A stretch of DNA of 64,000 nucleotides from Nitrospirota bacterium (GTDB taxonomy: Bacteria > Nitrospirota > Nitrospiria > Nitrospirales > Nitrospiraceae). Location: contig CAVPGK010000013.1 in the NCBI GenBank assembly GCA_963703955.1, forward strand, positions 128,001 to 192,000. Reading direction: 5' to 3'. The position numbers were made by a program, and so were the translations under genes. Of the stretch, positions 10,169 through 20,374 are shown piece after piece. A model generated the notes under the pieces. It worked only from the letters and a program-made list of their open reading frames with translations. It was not told where the DNA came from and searched no databases. The stretch's first letter is position 1; each line of letters opens with the position of its first letter.

Positions 10169-10729
10169 GAATGGACCTAGAGGTGTCCACTATCGCGCGA
10201 CCAATGCGCCAATCATTGTGGCTCTACAGCCATTCCTTGAGCGTGCCGTGTTGACTCTTTTGAGAACAGAACCCATAAAGGAAAACATGGCGGGATTCAT
10301 CCATTGCTTTTGGCCTTGCTGTTTTTTCGGCTCCGCAAAGCGGTTCTCTTGACTTCCTCAGGATTCCGCTTGGTCTTTTGCGGACAGGGCACGATGGCCT
10401 CTTCGAGCAGTTGCTTCAATGACCAGGACATGACAGGGACTCGGGATCGTCATAAGCCTCTCCCACAAGATCATGCGATCGCTCGATGCCCGCAAAAGGC
10501 CCCGATCGTCTTCATCACCTCCTCATAAGGGAAGCTCTGAACCCCTGGTCTCCATTGCGCGCAGCACGATATCGCTAATAGAGACAAAAAGACGGCGTGA
10601 TCCGCCTACTTCGATCACAACGCACTCAAGGATGGGCCATACCGCACTCACTCTGTCGTGCCGTCCGATTGGATCGGCCGGAAGGCGCTGTGCTTCGCCG
10701 CCTCGGCGATAGGCTCAGCTCCCGAGACT

Positions 10730-10969
10730 TTATGTCTCCAAGATCACGACGGTCTCACCATTAACCCTGAAATATCAACGCGTTCTGTTCAGAAGATCCG
10801 TTGTCGTCATTCTGATTCAGGATGGCGTGCTCAGCAGCACGTCCCTGGGGACCGAATGTATGTACTTGAGGACGATGCGGTTTCCAGGGAAGTCACGTCA
10901 ACATATTCAACTGCTTCACAAGAGGATATGTTGCGGATTTTTGAAGCGGATTCGGTCATTGCCTTGTGA
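10730..10969 (+). pseudogene. Possible DsrH/TusB-like relic
   Basis: YVLEDDAVSR...MLRIFEADSVIAL resembles the C-terminus; the 5' part is degenerate. Confidence 0.35.
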
Positions 10970-11111
10970 CCATTCCGGATACTGTTACGTCGGGCATTTT
11001 CAGGTTTGGAGTAGGAAGAGAGAAAAGAATATTTTTTTAGCGGCAAGAGTTACCAAGGAGTTGCCGTGGCGTTACCATTGAAGGGGATATGATCTACAAG
11101 TTATTGAAAGA

Positions 11112-11158
11112 TGGTGGGCCGTGCACGGATCGAACCTGCGGCCCGCTGATTAAGAGTC
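11112..11158 (-). other. tRNA-Lys(CTT) 3' half (att-like)
   Basis: Minus strand GACTCTTAATCAGCGGGCCGCAGGTTCGATCCGTGCACGGCCCACCA runs from the anticodon loop to CCA; the D arm and 5' acceptor strand are absent. Confidence 0.8.
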
Positions 11159-11550
11159 CCACCGTAGACGTACCTCACACTCAGCATGACGAATCGTCAG
11201 CAAAAGGGGAAGATTCGTGATGGCACACGTCATCCAGGTTGGCACCAAGCAACAGTGACTATACCTTGAGGCGAACTTTCACGTTTCTTTTTCCCGCCGT
11301 GCGCAGGCACAGTGACGCCCGTAGGAAATGGGGTGAGACTGAGGGTCCAACCCTTCGGAGCATAACGGAACTATGCCGGTCTGTATCGCATGCCGACGCG
11401 GCACCGTGGAGAGGGTTGACAACCGATTGAACACGCGCAAGAATCACGCGCCAGTTTTTGGGCCGTCTGCCCGCAATCGCCCTGGAGCCTGAGTTCCCCT
11501 TGACCGCGATCTCGCAGCCAGCGAAGTGAGCCGGTAGCCAAGAAGCGAGC

Positions 11551-13080
11551 ATGCTCATGGGCGATACAGTACAGAGTGATCGCGACCGGTCGTTCTCTTA
11601 CTTCACGATCGACCGGGCTTCGGACGCGATCTTCTGGATCGACTCGCACGCTCGCTGCCACCGCGTCAACGAAGCGGCCTGCCGCATGCTGGGGTATGCG
11701 TCCGAGGAGCTTCAATCCATGACGATCCACGACTTCTGTCCCGAGCACCCGATCGAAGGATGGCGGGAACATTGGGGGCTGCTGAAGGCCAGCAAGGCTA
11801 GGATGTTTGAGACCCGTCTGCGCGCCAAAGACGGTCGCCTCATCCCCGTCGAGATATCCAGCAACTACCTCGAATTTGAAGGAAAGGAATATACATGCGC
11901 CTTCGCCCGGGATTTGACGAGACGGAAGCAGGCAGAGGCGGTGGTCGCGCAACTCCAACGTCAGAACGAACTGATCTTGAATGCCGCCGGCGAGGGCATC
12001 TTTGGCCTGGACTTGAACGGGAATCACACCTTCGTGAACCCCGCAGCGGCGGGCATGTTGGGATTCGCTCCGAACGAACTGCTTGGCCGGCACAGCCATA
12101 GCACTTGGCATCATACGAAGCCAGACGGCAGTCCGTATCCGGCCGAGGAGTGTCCGATTTACCGAGCGTATAAAGACGGCCAGTCTCACTGGGGAGACGA
12201 CGAAACGTTTTGGCGGAAGGATGGCACGAGTTTTCCGGCTCAGTATACGAGCACACCCATTCGCGACGAAGCGGGCGTTCTCCTGGGAGCGGTGGTCACC
12301 TTTCTCGACATCACGGAGCGCAAGCGGATGGCCGCGCAGCTTCTGCAGGAAGCCAAGCTAGCGGAAGTAGCGCGCATGTTGGGCGATATCGGCCATGACA
12401 TCAAGAATATGCTGATGCCCGTCCTGACCGGCGCCCAGCTCTTGCAAGACGAAGTCGCCGAGCTGTTCGATCGGGTGCGTGCGCTCGGGGAGACCCAGAT
12501 CGAGGACAGACGAACCATGGCCACCGAACTCTTGAACATGATCACCGGCAACGCACAGCGGATTCATGACCGCGTTCGGGAAATCGCCGATGCGGTGAAG
12601 GGAGCGACCAGCCCGCCGCAGTTCGCCCCCTGTCAGGTGGCGAAGGTAGTGTCCGATGTCATGGATACCCTCCGCCAGTACGCGGGTCAGAAAGGGGTGA
12701 CGCTAGAAACTGAGGGGCTGGAGGTGTTGCCAGCGATTCAGGCGGACGAGCGCCGTCTGTTCAACGCCTTCTACAATCTCATCAATAACGCCATCCCGGA
12801 AGTGCCGGCGGGAGGGTCTGTCACCGTTCGAGGGCAACGCGACACGCAAGGAAAGACTCTCCACCTGTTGGTCGCGGACACAGGTCGAGGCATGCCGCCG
12901 GAGATCCGCGACAGCTTGTTTACCCCCAATGTCGTGAGTCGGAAACCCGGAGGGACGGGACTGGGAACCAAGATCGTGAAGGACGTCATCGATGCGCATG
13001 GAGGTACGATCAGGGTGGAGAGTGAGCAAGGGAGGGGCACGACGTTCCATATCGGGTTGCCCATCGCCAGACCGCAGTGA
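11551..13080 (+). CDS. PAS-PAS sensor histidine kinase (orphan in this window)
   Basis: Two PAS/PAC domains; H box GHDIKN; N box NLINNA; G boxes DTGRG and GTGLG. Confidence 0.92.
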   Translation: MLMGDTVQSDRDRSFSYFTIDRASDAIFWIDSHARCHRVNEAACRMLGYASEELQSMTIHDFCPEHPIEGWREHWGLLKASKARMFETRLRAKDGRLIPVEISSNYLEFEGKEYTCAFARDLTRRKQAEAVVAQLQRQNELILNAAGEGIFGLDLNGNHTFVNPAAAGMLGFAPNELLGRHSHSTWHHTKPDGSPYPAEECPIYRAYKDGQSHWGDDETFWRKDGTSFPAQYTSTPIRDEAGVLLGAVVTFLDITERKRMAAQLLQEAKLAEVARMLGDIGHDIKNMLMPVLTGAQLLQDEVAELFDRVRALGETQIEDRRTMATELLNMITGNAQRIHDRVREIADAVKGATSPPQFAPCQVAKVVSDVMDTLRQYAGQKGVTLETEGLEVLPAIQADERRLFNAFYNLINNAIPEVPAGGSVTVRGQRDTQGKTLHLLVADTGRGMPPEIRDSLFTPNVVSRKPGGTGLGTKIVKDVIDAHGGTIRVESEQGRGTTFHIGLPIARPQ

Positions 13081-13418
13081 CGGCCTCTGTTCGATCTGAT
13101 TCCCCTCGTCGTCAGGACGAATCGACGCCACCTCGCGCTCTGATTACTATGCCTCCTGGTTCGCACTTGCTGGCCGCACCCCGCTAAATTGCTTACGCTC
13201 ACGATTACCCGATGAGGATGATCACATGATTCAGGGGTAGTCCAGATCAAGGAAAGTGTAACGGAAGGTCTTGGTTCGCCAAGAAATCGGCAATTGAAAG
13301 CCCCAACCCAGACGCAACCAATCTTTTGCTTCCTCTGACACTTGTTCCCTGCAAGGGGATCACTAATTGAATACGATACTTCAATAAGAGATCGGATGTC
13401 ATAAATCATCTCTGAGCC

Positions 13419-16160
13419 ATGACTCACGTCAGGCCGTTGTATATCGCACCGCTTTCTCAGGACGCCGTCGAAGCCGGATATCTGATCCTTCGTGATGGTT
13501 CTACCGCTACAATCCGCGTCGCTCAGCCGAGGGATGCGGCCGCGCTTCAAGCCTTCGTTGATCGACTCTCGCCGCAATCGAAGCGACACCGGTTTTTCTC
13601 AGAGGGCAGTCCTCCTGCGGAATTGATCGCGTCCTTCTGCGACAGTTCCGATGCCCGTTCACTGCTCACATTGCTCGTCATCAGGACATGGAAGGGCGCG
13701 GAGCGTATCATTGCCGCAGGGTCATACCTGGCGAAAAACGAGGACACGGCCGAAGTCGCGCTGGCAGTGGATGACGATTTTCATGGAAAGGGGTTAGGGA
13801 CGCTGCTCTTGGAACGACTCGCCCAGCTGGCCATACGACAGGGGTATATTCGGCTCTGGGCCATCACCCACACCGACAATTCGGCCATGCGCGAGGTGTT
13901 TAAGGAGTCCGGTTTTGACGCTCGTGAAACATTCGACAACGGGGACATGGAGGTCGCGCTGTCGCTCGTTCCGACGGCCGCCACGGTGGTCCGTTCCGAA
14001 GCTCGGGAACGCATCGCCGCAACCGCGTCACTCCTGCCGTTCTTCAAGCCTCGGTCGGTGGCGGTAATCGGCGCCTCGCGTGATTTTTCAAGTATTGGGT
14101 ACAAGCTGCTGGACTCATTGATTACGGCCGGATTCAAAGGGCCGGTCTATCCGGTCAATCCACACGCGGCTGAACTTCGCGGCCTACGAGCATACCAATC
14201 GATGCTCGATGTGCCGAAGCCGGTGGATCTGGCGCTGATCGCCGTCCCCCGCGACGCCGTCCTCAACGTGATTGATGATTGTGCGAGCCAAGGTGTCAGG
14301 GCCCTGGTTGTCATCAGTGCAGGCTTCGCCGAAGTCGGTGCCGAGGGCCGCGATCTTCAAAATCGGCTCGTCCAGCGAGTACGACAGCACGGCATGCGCA
14401 TGGTCGGTCCGAATTGTTTTGGATTGGTGAATACGGATCCTGAGGTAAGACTTAACGGGACCTTTTCATCTGCTTTTCCACCGTCCGGGCGTGTCGCGAT
14501 GTCGTCCCAAAGCGGAGCGCTGGGCCTTGCGATTTTGGCGGCAGCTCGACGCCTCCATCTCGGGATCTCCACCTTCGTGAGTGTCGGGAATAAAGCGGAC
14601 GTATCCGGGAACGATCTCCTTCAATATTGGGAAGAGGACCCGACCACTGATGTCATCCTGCTCTACATGGAATCCTTCGGTAACCCGCGTCGCTTTGCAC
14701 ACATTGCCCGCCGCGTCAGCCGCCGTAAGCCCATCGTGGCGATCAAGGCCGGACGAACTCAGTCAGGACGACGCGCAGCGGGGTCTCATACTGCGGCATT
14801 GGCCGCGAGCGACGTGGCCGTCGAGGCACTGTTTCTCCAGACCGGCATCATCCGCGCGGAGACATTGGAAGACATGTTTGCGCTTGCTACTGGTTTATCG
14901 AGCCAACCCTTGCCGGCAGGACGTCACGTGGCGATCGTCACAAACGCAGGCGGTCCGGCGATTCTGTGCACCGATGCGTGTGAAGCCGGTGGGTTGATCA
15001 TCCCGGAACTCTCCGACCGGATCAAGGACAGCCTGGCAACTTTGTTGCACCCGGCCGCAGTGTTAAGGAATCCGGTCGACCTCATTGCTTCGGCCACGCC
15101 CGAGCACTACCGCAAGACCATCGGGATTCTCATGGAAGCAGATGAGATTGATGCGTTGATCGTGCTTTACACGTCCGTGACCGCGGGTGACAACACCGCG
15201 ATGGCTGACGGCATTCTCGCCGGTATCACGGCGGGACGTGCTGCCGGAGCGAAGGATAAACCAGTGGTGGTCTGTTGGATCGCAGAAGGAGATCATGATC
15301 GGACTCTCACGAACGAGCGCGAGACGATTCCTATCTATCTCCTACCCGAAATACCGGCGAGGGTGCTGAGCAAAGCCGCTACCTACGGGGAGTGGCGCAG
15401 GCAACCCGTCGGTATGATACCGGACTTTGACGATCTCGATCTGCCGCTGGCGCGAGCGATCTGTGAGAAAGCAGCTACCGAGCGAGGCGGAGGATGGCTG
15501 ACCACCGAGGAAACGCGAGCGGTGCTTACGGCCATGCGCCTACCCGTTCTTCCGGGAGGCGTGGCCCAGACGGCCGAGGAGGCAGCGGATCTCGCGACCC
15601 ATGTCGGATTTCCGGTCGCGGTGAAGTTGGCCTCACACCGATTGGTCCACAAAACGGAAGTCGGTGGCGTGTGCTTGAATCTCACGAGTGAGACGGCCGT
15701 TCGAGAGGCCTTTACCGCGATCCGAGAACGCTTGGCGCGCGACGGCAAGGTCGACGCCATGGAAGGTGCGCTGGTGCAACCGATGTTGTCCGGTGGGGTC
15801 GAAGTCATGATCGGGATGACGCAGGACCCGTCGTTCGGTCCTCTGATCGCCTTCGGACTGGGCGGCATTCATGTCGAAATTCTCGGCGATGTCCGATTTC
15901 GCATTACACCGCTCACGGATCGCGATGCCGCTGATATGGTGCGAGCGATCCGGGGCTACCGCCTCCTGGAAGGCTACCGTGGCTATCCTCCGGCCGACGT
16001 GAAGGCGATCGAAAATGTCCTCTTACGGGTCTCGCGATTGGTGGAAGCGATTCATGAGATCACCGAACTGGATCTGAACCCGATCTTCGCCCTCCCTCCC
16101 AACGAAGGCTGCCGCATTGTTGACGCGAGGATTCGCCTCGGATTGCCTGAGCTCCCGTGA
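13419..16160 (+). CDS. GNAT / NDP-forming acyl-CoA synthetase fusion (Pat-like)
   Basis: N-terminal GNAT (HGKGLGT), CoA-binding domain (VAVIGAS, GPNCFG, SQSG, SHT), ATP-grasp domain (HKTEVGGV, ELDLNP). Confidence 0.9.
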   Translation: MTHVRPLYIAPLSQDAVEAGYLILRDGSTATIRVAQPRDAAALQAFVDRLSPQSKRHRFFSEGSPPAELIASFCDSSDARSLLTLLVIRTWKGAERIIAAGSYLAKNEDTAEVALAVDDDFHGKGLGTLLLERLAQLAIRQGYIRLWAITHTDNSAMREVFKESGFDARETFDNGDMEVALSLVPTAATVVRSEARERIAATASLLPFFKPRSVAVIGASRDFSSIGYKLLDSLITAGFKGPVYPVNPHAAELRGLRAYQSMLDVPKPVDLALIAVPRDAVLNVIDDCASQGVRALVVISAGFAEVGAEGRDLQNRLVQRVRQHGMRMVGPNCFGLVNTDPEVRLNGTFSSAFPPSGRVAMSSQSGALGLAILAAARRLHLGISTFVSVGNKADVSGNDLLQYWEEDPTTDVILLYMESFGNPRRFAHIARRVSRRKPIVAIKAGRTQSGRRAAGSHTAALAASDVAVEALFLQTGIIRAETLEDMFALATGLSSQPLPAGRHVAIVTNAGGPAILCTDACEAGGLIIPELSDRIKDSLATLLHPAAVLRNPVDLIASATPEHYRKTIGILMEADEIDALIVLYTSVTAGDNTAMADGILAGITAGRAAGAKDKPVVVCWIAEGDHDRTLTNERETIPIYLLPEIPARVLSKAATYGEWRRQPVGMIPDFDDLDLPLARAICEKAATERGGGWLTTEETRAVLTAMRLPVLPGGVAQTAEEAADLATHVGFPVAVKLASHRLVHKTEVGGVCLNLTSETAVREAFTAIRERLARDGKVDAMEGALVQPMLSGGVEVMIGMTQDPSFGPLIAFGLGGIHVEILGDVRFRITPLTDRDAADMVRAIRGYRLLEGYRGYPPADVKAIENVLLRVSRLVEAIHEITELDLNPIFALPPNEGCRIVDARIRLGLPELP

Positions 16161-16280
16161 GACTCGTCACACGACTGAGGATAATTTGACCGGAATTGAC
16201 GATCAGGCCATGAAATCAGGCGGTACTCGTTTGACGAGGGCTTATCGGTCAAATCGGCACCTTTGATCGTCCGGAACGAG

Positions 16281-16643
16281 TCAGAGGGCCGGGTAGAACG
16301 GCGCGAGCGTCCGAATGTAGCCGACCACCTCCAACATCTCATCATCGGTGATTCGGCCCTGCCATCCGTGCATGGGGCTGAAGGCGATCCCATACGCAAT
16401 GGTCGTCAATAATTCGAAATCGGTTTTGGAGCGGGACCGCGCCGTGTGGAAATTCGCGGGCGGTACGATCAAGGTGATGGCATCAGGGCCGTCTCCCTTG
16501 CCCGTCACGCCATGGCAGCGCGCGCAGTGTTCCTCGTAGATGGCTTGCCCGGTCCGTATCCGTCCTCCCTCTCCGTGCGCGGTGACCCACGCACTGCAGA
16601 GCATGATACCCAAAACACCGGCGACAACCGCAGTCTTTTTCAT
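16281..16643 (-). CDS. c-type cytochrome
   Basis: Signal peptide, CARCHG..GKGDGP, SPMHGW. Confidence 0.88.
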   Translation of the reverse strand: MKKTAVVAGVLGIMLCSAWVTAHGEGGRIRTGQAIYEEHCARCHGVTGKGDGPDAITLIVPPANFHTARSRSKTDFELLTTIAYGIAFSPMHGWQGRITDDEMLEVVGYIRTLAPFYPAL

Positions 16644-16713
16644 TACCCGGTCTCCTTTCCGTGACGCCAGCCTATCGAATCGGGGAGTGACAGTATTGCA
16701 GAATCTTCCACGG

Positions 16714-17571
16714 TTAGCGCACCACCAACACCGAGCCGCGCGCGCGATGGGCGGCGGAATGCGAAACGCTTCCCAGCAAGAACCGACTGAATCCTGAGCG
16801 ACCATGGGACCCCAGGACGAGAAGATCGTGAGTGTCGGACTCCCGGACGATCACGTCGAGCGGATCTCCGCTGAACGCCTGGCCCTTCGCGGTATAGTGT
16901 GTCCCGGTCAGCTCTCCCGCGATCCTGTCGACGAGCTCTTGGCTTGTCTGCAACGCGACTTCGCCCCAGGGCTCAAAAGCCGGGATGGCGACAGGGGTCA
17001 TGCCATGGGGTGTCGGCACGACGCTGATTACCGTGAGCTGAACCGGCTTCTGAAAGGGATGGTGGTGAAGCCATCTTTGGAGACGCGCGGCATCCTCAGG
17101 GCCCTCGATCGCGAGTAAGACCCGCTGTAGCTCATGGATCGGCTGTTTCACGATGAGCGTTGGGCGAGTCGCGTGGGTGAGGACTCGGTGTGACACGCTG
17201 TCGAGGAACCACTCGTGGAGGCGCCCCAAACCGCGCGCCCCTACGACGACCAGATCGGCGCCTGTCGTCTCGGCGGCATCGAGAAGCACTGCGGCCGGTG
17301 TTCCGATCTCACAGACGCGCCTCACCGAGACTCCATCAATCGGAACAAGAGCCGCGGTCTTGTCGAGGACCTCTTTCCCTGCGTCCAACATCGCGCGACG
17401 AAACTCTTCAAATGCCTGTTTCGAGACGGCGGGCACCAAGAGCGGATTCTCGAAGGGTCGGAGATCCGTCGCGTGGACCAGCACGACCTCTTGTGGTGTA
17501 TAGAGCTGAAAGGCGGTCTCAACGGCGGTGAACGCTTGTTCAGCCCAATCGACGCCGATGACGATTCGCAT
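16714..17571 (-). CDS. Universal stress protein (tandem USP)
   Basis: DLVVVGARG..SVS and LVLGSHGRSG..LGSVS. Confidence 0.92.
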   Translation of the reverse strand: MRIVIGVDWAEQAFTAVETAFQLYTPQEVVLVHATDLRPFENPLLVPAVSKQAFEEFRRAMLDAGKEVLDKTAALVPIDGVSVRRVCEIGTPAAVLLDAAETTGADLVVVGARGLGRLHEWFLDSVSHRVLTHATRPTLIVKQPIHELQRVLLAIEGPEDAARLQRWLHHHPFQKPVQLTVISVVPTPHGMTPVAIPAFEPWGEVALQTSQELVDRIAGELTGTHYTAKGQAFSGDPLDVIVRESDTHDLLVLGSHGRSGFSRFLLGSVSHSAAHRARGSVLVVR

Positions 17572-17622
17572 GGTACCACTCCTTCGGTGGCGATCATGAA
17601 AGGGTTGCGGGCTCGGCTCCTA

Positions 17623-17784
17623 TCAAAGGTCAGCACGAGATCGTTTCAAGTGGCGTCCCGTGACCAGAAAGAGCGCCTGGCCGGACCCGCGGCATTTCTC
17701 GAGCGCGCACTCCAACTCGTAAGGGACCGTACCATCCACGCCAAATGTCCCGTCACAATCAAACGCCGTCATGCGGCGGTACAT
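17623..17784 (-). pseudogene. HAD hydrolase N-terminal relic
   Basis: MYRRMTAFDCDGT...LFLVTGR (motifs I and II), then a stop at 53 aa. Confidence 0.65.
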
Positions 17785-17822
17785 AGTGCCTCCCCGTTCT
17801 CGGGATCTGCGGGAGAGCCCAC

Positions 17823-18323
17823 TTAGCGCGTCCAGGTCACTCGGGCAAACTGTGTATCGTCGTTGTAGTGGAGGCTGAACTCGCCTTGGTAAGCATGGCG
17901 CAAGGCCTCACCGATGCGCCGCGGGAGGTGCGTGTCGGTGGTCGCGATCATCATGCCATTACCCTTCTCTTCGACGGAGATGATTCGAGACAGGGGATGT
18001 TCGGCCTTGGCTTTTGCCTCTTCATGACGGATCACGCTGAGGATTTCCTGCTGATGTTCGATTGCGAAAGGACCGCTCACCGTCAACAGGCCTTGAGGGG
18101 ATTGATGATTGATCCGTTGGCACGCCGGACACAAGGTTTCCTGCGCCCGGATCGGCTTGGCTTTCCAGGTCCACCGGCCTTTGTGGAACACGGCGCCGCA
18201 CTGTGGGCAGACCGTTGGCTCCCGGAGTTTCCCTTGTGATTTCTCGCTGCCTGGGGGGTAGGCCTGCACGGGCCGGTCAGATCTTGTCGGTCGGGCAATG
18301 GGCTTCTTTGATCGTTCGGTCAT
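17823..18323 (-). CDS. BCAM0308-family protein
   Basis: EPTVCPQCGAVFHKGRW, CPACQRI, EHPLSRI, TTDTHLPRRIGEAL. Confidence 0.85.
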   Translation of the reverse strand: MTERSKKPIARPTRSDRPVQAYPPGSEKSQGKLREPTVCPQCGAVFHKGRWTWKAKPIRAQETLCPACQRINHQSPQGLLTVSGPFAIEHQQEILSVIRHEEAKAKAEHPLSRIISVEEKGNGMMIATTDTHLPRRIGEALRHAYQGEFSLHYNDDTQFARVTWTR

Positions 18324-18359
18324 GGATTTGCACTCCACTGGTAACGCGTCGGAAACAGA

Positions 18360-19037
18360 TCAAGCATGTGAAGGTCGAGCGGCGTCCCGAATGGCCGCCT
18401 CGGCCAATGCCAGATACCGAACCACATCGTCGTCTTCGACTTGACGGAAATCCCTGTACCGATTACCGACCGCAAAGAACGGCTCCGGCACCATCAACAC
18501 CAGCAGTTCGTCCACCATCGGCTTGATCTCTCGAAGGGTGTCGAGCGGGCCGACCGGAATACCTGCAACCAGTCGGCCCACGCGCCGGCTTCTTAAATCT
18601 TGGATGGTGGCGATGAATGTGGCGCCGGTCGCAATACCGTCATCCACGAGTAGGATCGTTCGATCAGTCAGGACCGGCAGGGGTCGTCCGTGGCGGTAGA
18701 GTATTCCTCGTCTCGCGATTTCTTCCTTCTGCGTCCGGATCTCGTTTTCCAGATAACCCGGAGAGGCGGAAAGCGCATCAATCACCTCCCGCGCGTGAGG
18801 GTTCAGATACACAGAGCCGGTCTCCGTGACCGCGCCAACGGCATATTCCGGATCGCCGGGGGCTCCCAGCTTGCGCGTCAGAAACACATCCATGGGGACG
18901 TGGAGAGCCTGACTTACGGCATAGCCAACCGCGACGCCCCCGCGAGGCAAAGCCAGGATCAGAGCGTTCGGATCGTCCCGATACGCCATCATTCGTTCAG
19001 CCAATACACGCCCAGCTTCTTCCCGATTCACAAACAT
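18360..19037 (-). CDS. Phosphoribosyltransferase-family protein
   Basis: LALPRGGV, RKLGAP, LVDDGIATGAT. Confidence 0.9.
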   Translation of the reverse strand: MFVNREEAGRVLAERMMAYRDDPNALILALPRGGVAVGYAVSQALHVPMDVFLTRKLGAPGDPEYAVGAVTETGSVYLNPHAREVIDALSASPGYLENEIRTQKEEIARRGILYRHGRPLPVLTDRTILLVDDGIATGATFIATIQDLRSRRVGRLVAGIPVGPLDTLREIKPMVDELLVLMVPEPFFAVGNRYRDFRQVEDDDVVRYLALAEAAIRDAARPSHA

Positions 19038-19061
19038 CAGAGAAGGTCCTCCATGACCCCT

Positions 19062-19256
19062 TTAACGGGTACCTATAAATAAAAATAAAGCTGGGGTGGC
19101 TGCGTATGGAAGTCCACCTGCGACGCGTACACCGATGAAAAGGATCGCGAGCAGACTAAATCCGGCGATGAGCCACCACAGCCTCCACGACGACCGACCG
19201 GACACCGCCGTTGATTGCAGAAAAAGGCCTTCGAGGTCGTGCATCCTGGACCTCAT
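19062..19256 (-). CDS. Small hypothetical membrane protein
   Basis: Strong RBS AGGAGGTGA, hydrophobic segment, lies within an operon. Confidence 0.5.
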   Translation of the reverse strand: MRSRMHDLEGLFLQSTAVSGRSSWRLWWLIAGFSLLAILFIGVRVAGGLPYAATPALFLFIGTR

Positions 19257-19278
19257 GGTCACCTCCTGCTACAGTCGT

Positions 19279-19752
19279 TCAAGCGATTTTCACCTCGATG
19301 CTCTTCGGTCTCGCCTTCTCGGACTTAGACAGATGCACCTTAAGGACGCCGTCCTTGTAGTCAGCGGATACTTTACCCTCATCAGCATCCTCCGGTAGCG
19401 TAAAACTCCGCATGAAACTTCCATAGGCCCTTTCGACCCGGTGATATTTCTTGCCCTTTTCTTCCTTCTCATATTTCCGCTCACCCGTGATCGTAAGGAC
19501 ATTGTCATTGATGGTCAGTTTCACATCCTCTTTCTTGACTTCGGGTAGCTCGGCCTTGATGAGATACTCCTTCTCGTCCTCGGTGATATCCACGAGCGGA
19601 GTCCACTCCGCGACGGTCATCTCTTCTTTCCCGCCTTCCGCGCGTACCGGTGTGCGACCGAAGAGCGTTGACAGACGATTTTGCATCTCCTCCAACTCTT
19701 TGAACGGATCCAAACGCATCTTGAATGGTTCCCAACGTGTTAGCGCACCCAT
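19279..19752 (-). CDS. Hsp20/alpha-crystallin small heat-shock protein
   Basis: PLVDITE, ERAYGSFMRSFTLP, ADYKDGVL. Confidence 0.95.
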   Translation of the reverse strand: MGALTRWEPFKMRLDPFKELEEMQNRLSTLFGRTPVRAEGGKEEMTVAEWTPLVDITEDEKEYLIKAELPEVKKEDVKLTINDNVLTITGERKYEKEEKGKKYHRVERAYGSFMRSFTLPEDADEGKVSADYKDGVLKVHLSKSEKARPKSIEVKIA

Positions 19753-19829
19753 GGCGTCCCCTCCTTCTTCTTGAAGTGAACTGCTGGTCTGGCATGTTCG
19801 TGAGCCGAACCTCTCTACACGATTCCCTT

Positions 19830-19844
19830 GCAGGTGGGATGCCA
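19830..19844 (-). promoter_or_regulatory. sigma-54 promoter of the hsp20 operon
   Basis: Minus strand TGGCATCCCACCTGC; activator-like TGTTGCGAAATTCCCCA at 19967-19983. Confidence 0.6.
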
Positions 19845-20374
19845 GAATTGCAGTGATTGCCTAGTCCTAAGGTCTGGAAAGACGGCGCAATTTGGATGCT
19901 GGTTTGACTGAAGAGAGACAATGGCTTTTGACGTGGGGTGTTTCGGGTCAGCGGGCGGAACGATCATGTTGCGAAATTCCCCAAATCAACAGTCAGCCCG
20001 TGAGCCTGATATTCATGTGGAGACTGAACGTTGATCCGGACTCAGGAGTGGTTACTCTAATATTAGGAGGTGAGGAAAAGCCAAAGAAGGGCTTGGCGGG
20101 CATGCAAGAGATCGGTGCCCGTCTTCATGCAGCCAGCGTGCAAGAGGGTATCGCTGCTGTGCCCGTCGCGGGGTTCTGGTCCGAAGGACGCGCTTTCAAC
20201 TCGGTGCCAGTAGTAGGCACGGCCGTCGATACGCGGCCAATGATTGGGGAGGCGCGGGGCAACCAGCCAGACAGGGACCTGCCGGGTTGCCGGATAGACC
20301 CCGGCTATGTGACAGCGCCGGTGTCCACATGAGGACGGGTAGCTTATGTTAAGTCGGTGACATTCCATGGCCTG

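Noticed and set aside
20063..20368. 101-aa minus-strand ORF after mgtE
   Set aside because: No recognisable motif; cannot be supported.
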